Origin: a virus
Lineage: Duplodnaviria; Caudoviricetes
IMG/VR virus record: IMGVR_UViG_3300027754_000035
Length of the DNA stretch: 64,000 nucleotides
Reading direction: 5' to 3' (one strand)
The position numbers and the translations under genes were made by a program. Under the pieces are notes generated by a model. It was not told the origin of the DNA. It was given only the letters and a program-made list of their open reading frames with translations, and made no database searches. This document shows positions 61,638 to 64,000 of this stretch, one piece after another; positions within the stretch are counted from its first letter, which is position 1, and every line of letters starts with the position of its first letter.

Positions 61638-64000
61638 ATGAGTTATAATAATCCTATTACGAATGTTGCTTCCGATACTTTACACTATATAGGCAAAAAC
61701 TACAGTGATACGTTTGTCGTCCAAATTGGGGCGATGGATGGTATTAACTTCGACGATACCCGTGGTTTTTTAGATATGTACAAGTGGGACGCATTGTTGG
61801 TCGAACCGATTCCAGCAATCATGGACGAATTGCGAAAAAATTTCGCACTCATAACAAATTACAGATACGAACAATCAGCAATAACTGAATCGGATGGTGA
61901 AACTGTGATGTTGACTATTCCTACCGATGTTATTGAACGGGAAGGTTTACATCCCGGATATAAAGGTATGAGTGCGCTGTACCCTTTGAAAAATGGATTT
62001 GGTAGCGACTATCAGCGGGATATCGATGTTAAATCTAACTTTGGTGTGGATGTAAAAGTCAATACGTTGACATTGAAATCTTTATTCAATAAGCACCAAG
62101 TACAAAAGGTAGATGTATTTATTTGTGATGCTGAGGGGTATGATTGGAAGATATTCCAACAGTTCGATTTCAGCGTATTTCGTCCAAAATTTATTAGATT
62201 GGAGTATATCAACCTTTCAGACGATGAGAAGAAATTGGCGGCTGAGAAGTTTGAACAAAATGGGTATCTGGTTGAAATTGGTCAAAATATTGATTGTGTT
62301 GACAAGGAAATTTGGAGTAAAATTAAAAATGTGGATTCTTCTACTACGACTTCCATATCCGATTTGACTGTGGTCACGGGGTTGTGGAATATCAACCGAG
62401 TTGGTAGACCATTTGATCACTATATCGAAAATCTAAACAAATTGTTAGATATTGATGCGAATTTGTTTTTGTATCTACCAAAAGAATTGGAACCTTTGGT
62501 GTGGAAAAAGAGAACCAAACAGAATACTGTTGTCAAAATCTATGAATTGAACGATATTCAAAACATGTACAAACCATTCTGGGATAAAACTCAAAAATTG
62601 AGAACCGATCCAGCATGGATTAATAAGGCCGGATGGCTTGCAGCTTCACCTCAGGCTTCACAAGAATGGTACAATCCAATTGTGCAATCCAAGATGTTTT
62701 TGTTGAATGACGTTACCATTTGGAATCCTTTTAATACCAAACACTTTATGTGGTTGGATGCTGGTATCACCAACAGTGTATACGAAAAATACTTCACAGA
62801 CAACCGAGCACTGGATAAGATTGCGCCATATCTAGAACAATTCTTGTTCTTAAGCTATCCATATGAAGCCAACTCGGAGATCCACGGATTTGATTTTGAT
62901 GCTATCAATAGATACAGTGGTAAGAAGGTAACTTACGTTTGTAGAGGTGGATTGTTTGGTGGTACCAGAGATTCTATCAATCAAGCAAATGCAACCTACT
63001 ATTCTCTTTTAGATAGAACGTTGAGCGACGGATACATGGGTACAGAAGAAAGTGTATTTACCATCATGTCATATTTGGAACCCGAGAAGTATAGACGCTA
63101 CTCTCTGGATTCAAATGGTTTGATTGTGAAGTTTGCACAAGCACTACTGGACAATAAAGTTGAGCTTGAGCCTGTTCCCAAAGACACAAACACATACACT
63201 CCCAGAAAGTTTGTTAATCCCGACAAGTTGAAGTTGTCGGTGTATATGTTGACATTTAATTTTCCACATCAACTTGAACACACCATACAAACATGGTTAC
63301 AACATCCTAAGTGGATCACCAATACTAAAAACATTCTTATTGATAATTCCACAAATGAGGATGCTAGAATTGCCAATGCTAAACTCTGCAAAAAGTACAA
63401 CTTTGAGCACATCATTAATAACAAAAATGATGGTATCAATGGTGGTAGATTAAAAGCAGCACAACACTTTCAAGAATCCGACAGTGATTATTATGTGTTT
63501 TTGGAAGATGACATGGGTTTACATCCGCCGGGTCACAATTTTTGTCGCAACGGATTCAGAACTTATGTTCCCGATTTATACGATAAAGTGTTAAAAATAA
63601 TCGGCGGTGATGTGGATGTAGACTTTTTGAAATTCTCGTATACCGAGGTGTATATGGACAACAATATTCAAGTTTCTTGGTATAACGTACCCAAGGTGGT
63701 GCGAGCGGAGGTTTGGCCAAATTATACCAAATTGCCTGTGTCTGGTCTTGATCCTAACTGCCCACGCACCAAGTTTGATACCATAGAGGTTGTGGATGGA
63801 TTGAGTTATATCAAAGGTGACGTGTATTATGCAAACTGGCCAATGATTGTGGGTAAAAGTGGCAATAAAAAGATGTTTTTGGACACTACATGGGCATATC
63901 CATATGAACAAACTTGGATGAGTCACATGTTCCAAGAAACAAAAAAAGGTAACTTGAAACCGGCTGTTCTACTAGCAAGTCCTATCCACCATAACAGAAT
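61638..64000 (+). CDS. FkbM methyltransferase / HtrL(WlaTC)-like / GT-A multidomain protein (3'-truncated)
   Basis: Absent from the ORF track but open to the window end: VQIGAMDG...LVEP...ICDAEGYD; TVVTGLWNI...WLDAG...MGTEE; YVFLEDD. Confidence 0.85.
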   Translation, partial: MSYNNPITNVASDTLHYIGKNYSDTFVVQIGAMDGINFDDTRGFLDMYKWDALLVEPIPAIMDELRKNFALITNYRYEQSAITESDGETVMLTIPTDVIEREGLHPGYKGMSALYPLKNGFGSDYQRDIDVKSNFGVDVKVNTLTLKSLFNKHQVQKVDVFICDAEGYDWKIFQQFDFSVFRPKFIRLEYINLSDDEKKLAAEKFEQNGYLVEIGQNIDCVDKEIWSKIKNVDSSTTTSISDLTVVTGLWNINRVGRPFDHYIENLNKLLDIDANLFLYLPKELEPLVWKKRTKQNTVVKIYELNDIQNMYKPFWDKTQKLRTDPAWINKAGWLAASPQASQEWYNPIVQSKMFLLNDVTIWNPFNTKHFMWLDAGITNSVYEKYFTDNRALDKIAPYLEQFLFLSYPYEANSEIHGFDFDAINRYSGKKVTYVCRGGLFGGTRDSINQANATYYSLLDRTLSDGYMGTEESVFTIMSYLEPEKYRRYSLDSNGLIVKFAQALLDNKVELEPVPKDTNTYTPRKFVNPDKLKLSVYMLTFNFPHQLEHTIQTWLQHPKWITNTKNILIDNSTNEDARIANAKLCKKYNFEHIINNKNDGINGGRLKAAQHFQESDSDYYVFLEDDMGLHPPGHNFCRNGFRTYVPDLYDKVLKIIGGDVDVDFLKFSYTEVYMDNNIQVSWYNVPKVVRAEVWPNYTKLPVSGLDPNCPRTKFDTIEVVDGLSYIKGDVYYANWPMIVGKSGNKKMFLDTTWAYPYEQTWMSHMFQETKKGNLKPAVLLASPIHHNR

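Noticed and set aside
1-64000. Alternative genetic code or suppressor tRNAs
   Set aside because: Long genes read through in code 11 and end in TAA, TGA and TAG; no CUA/UCA/UUA anticodon tRNA was found.

Overview
This is an AT-rich segment of a large, probably jumbo, myovirus-like phage genome. It uses genetic code 11 and almost all genes lie on the + strand. In order it contains: (1) a GC-rich, repeat-rich non-coding boundary; (2) a block of short early genes with near-leaderless sigma70 promoters (three YopX paralogs, an RNA ligase); (3) glycosyltransferase-like genes; (4) two tRNA arrays with 38 tRNAs (24+14) covering all 20 amino acids, plus a tmRNA and many tRNA-like or otherwise structured RNAs; (5) putative head-packaged proteins (two ADP-ribosyltransferase-like, one GP88-like), an HNH nuclease, a Vsr-like homing endonuclease, a porin and PhoH; (6) a late sigma factor; (7) tail-fibre and baseplate genes (S74 chaperone, Hint domain, spike, gp25, gp6-like); and (8) a glycosylation cluster with a double GT60-like enzyme next to a Thr/Pro mucin-like virion protein. 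The best candidate for an undescribed system is a pair of trp-like leader-peptide attenuators, one upstream of each tRNA array. In each leader, 15 consecutive codons are exactly those decoded by the tRNAs of its own downstream array. This suggests the phage senses tRNA depletion through ribosome stalling and switches on the matching tRNA set. A shared, covarying ncRNA also heads both arrays. All family assignments are from motif recognition by eye; no database search was run.
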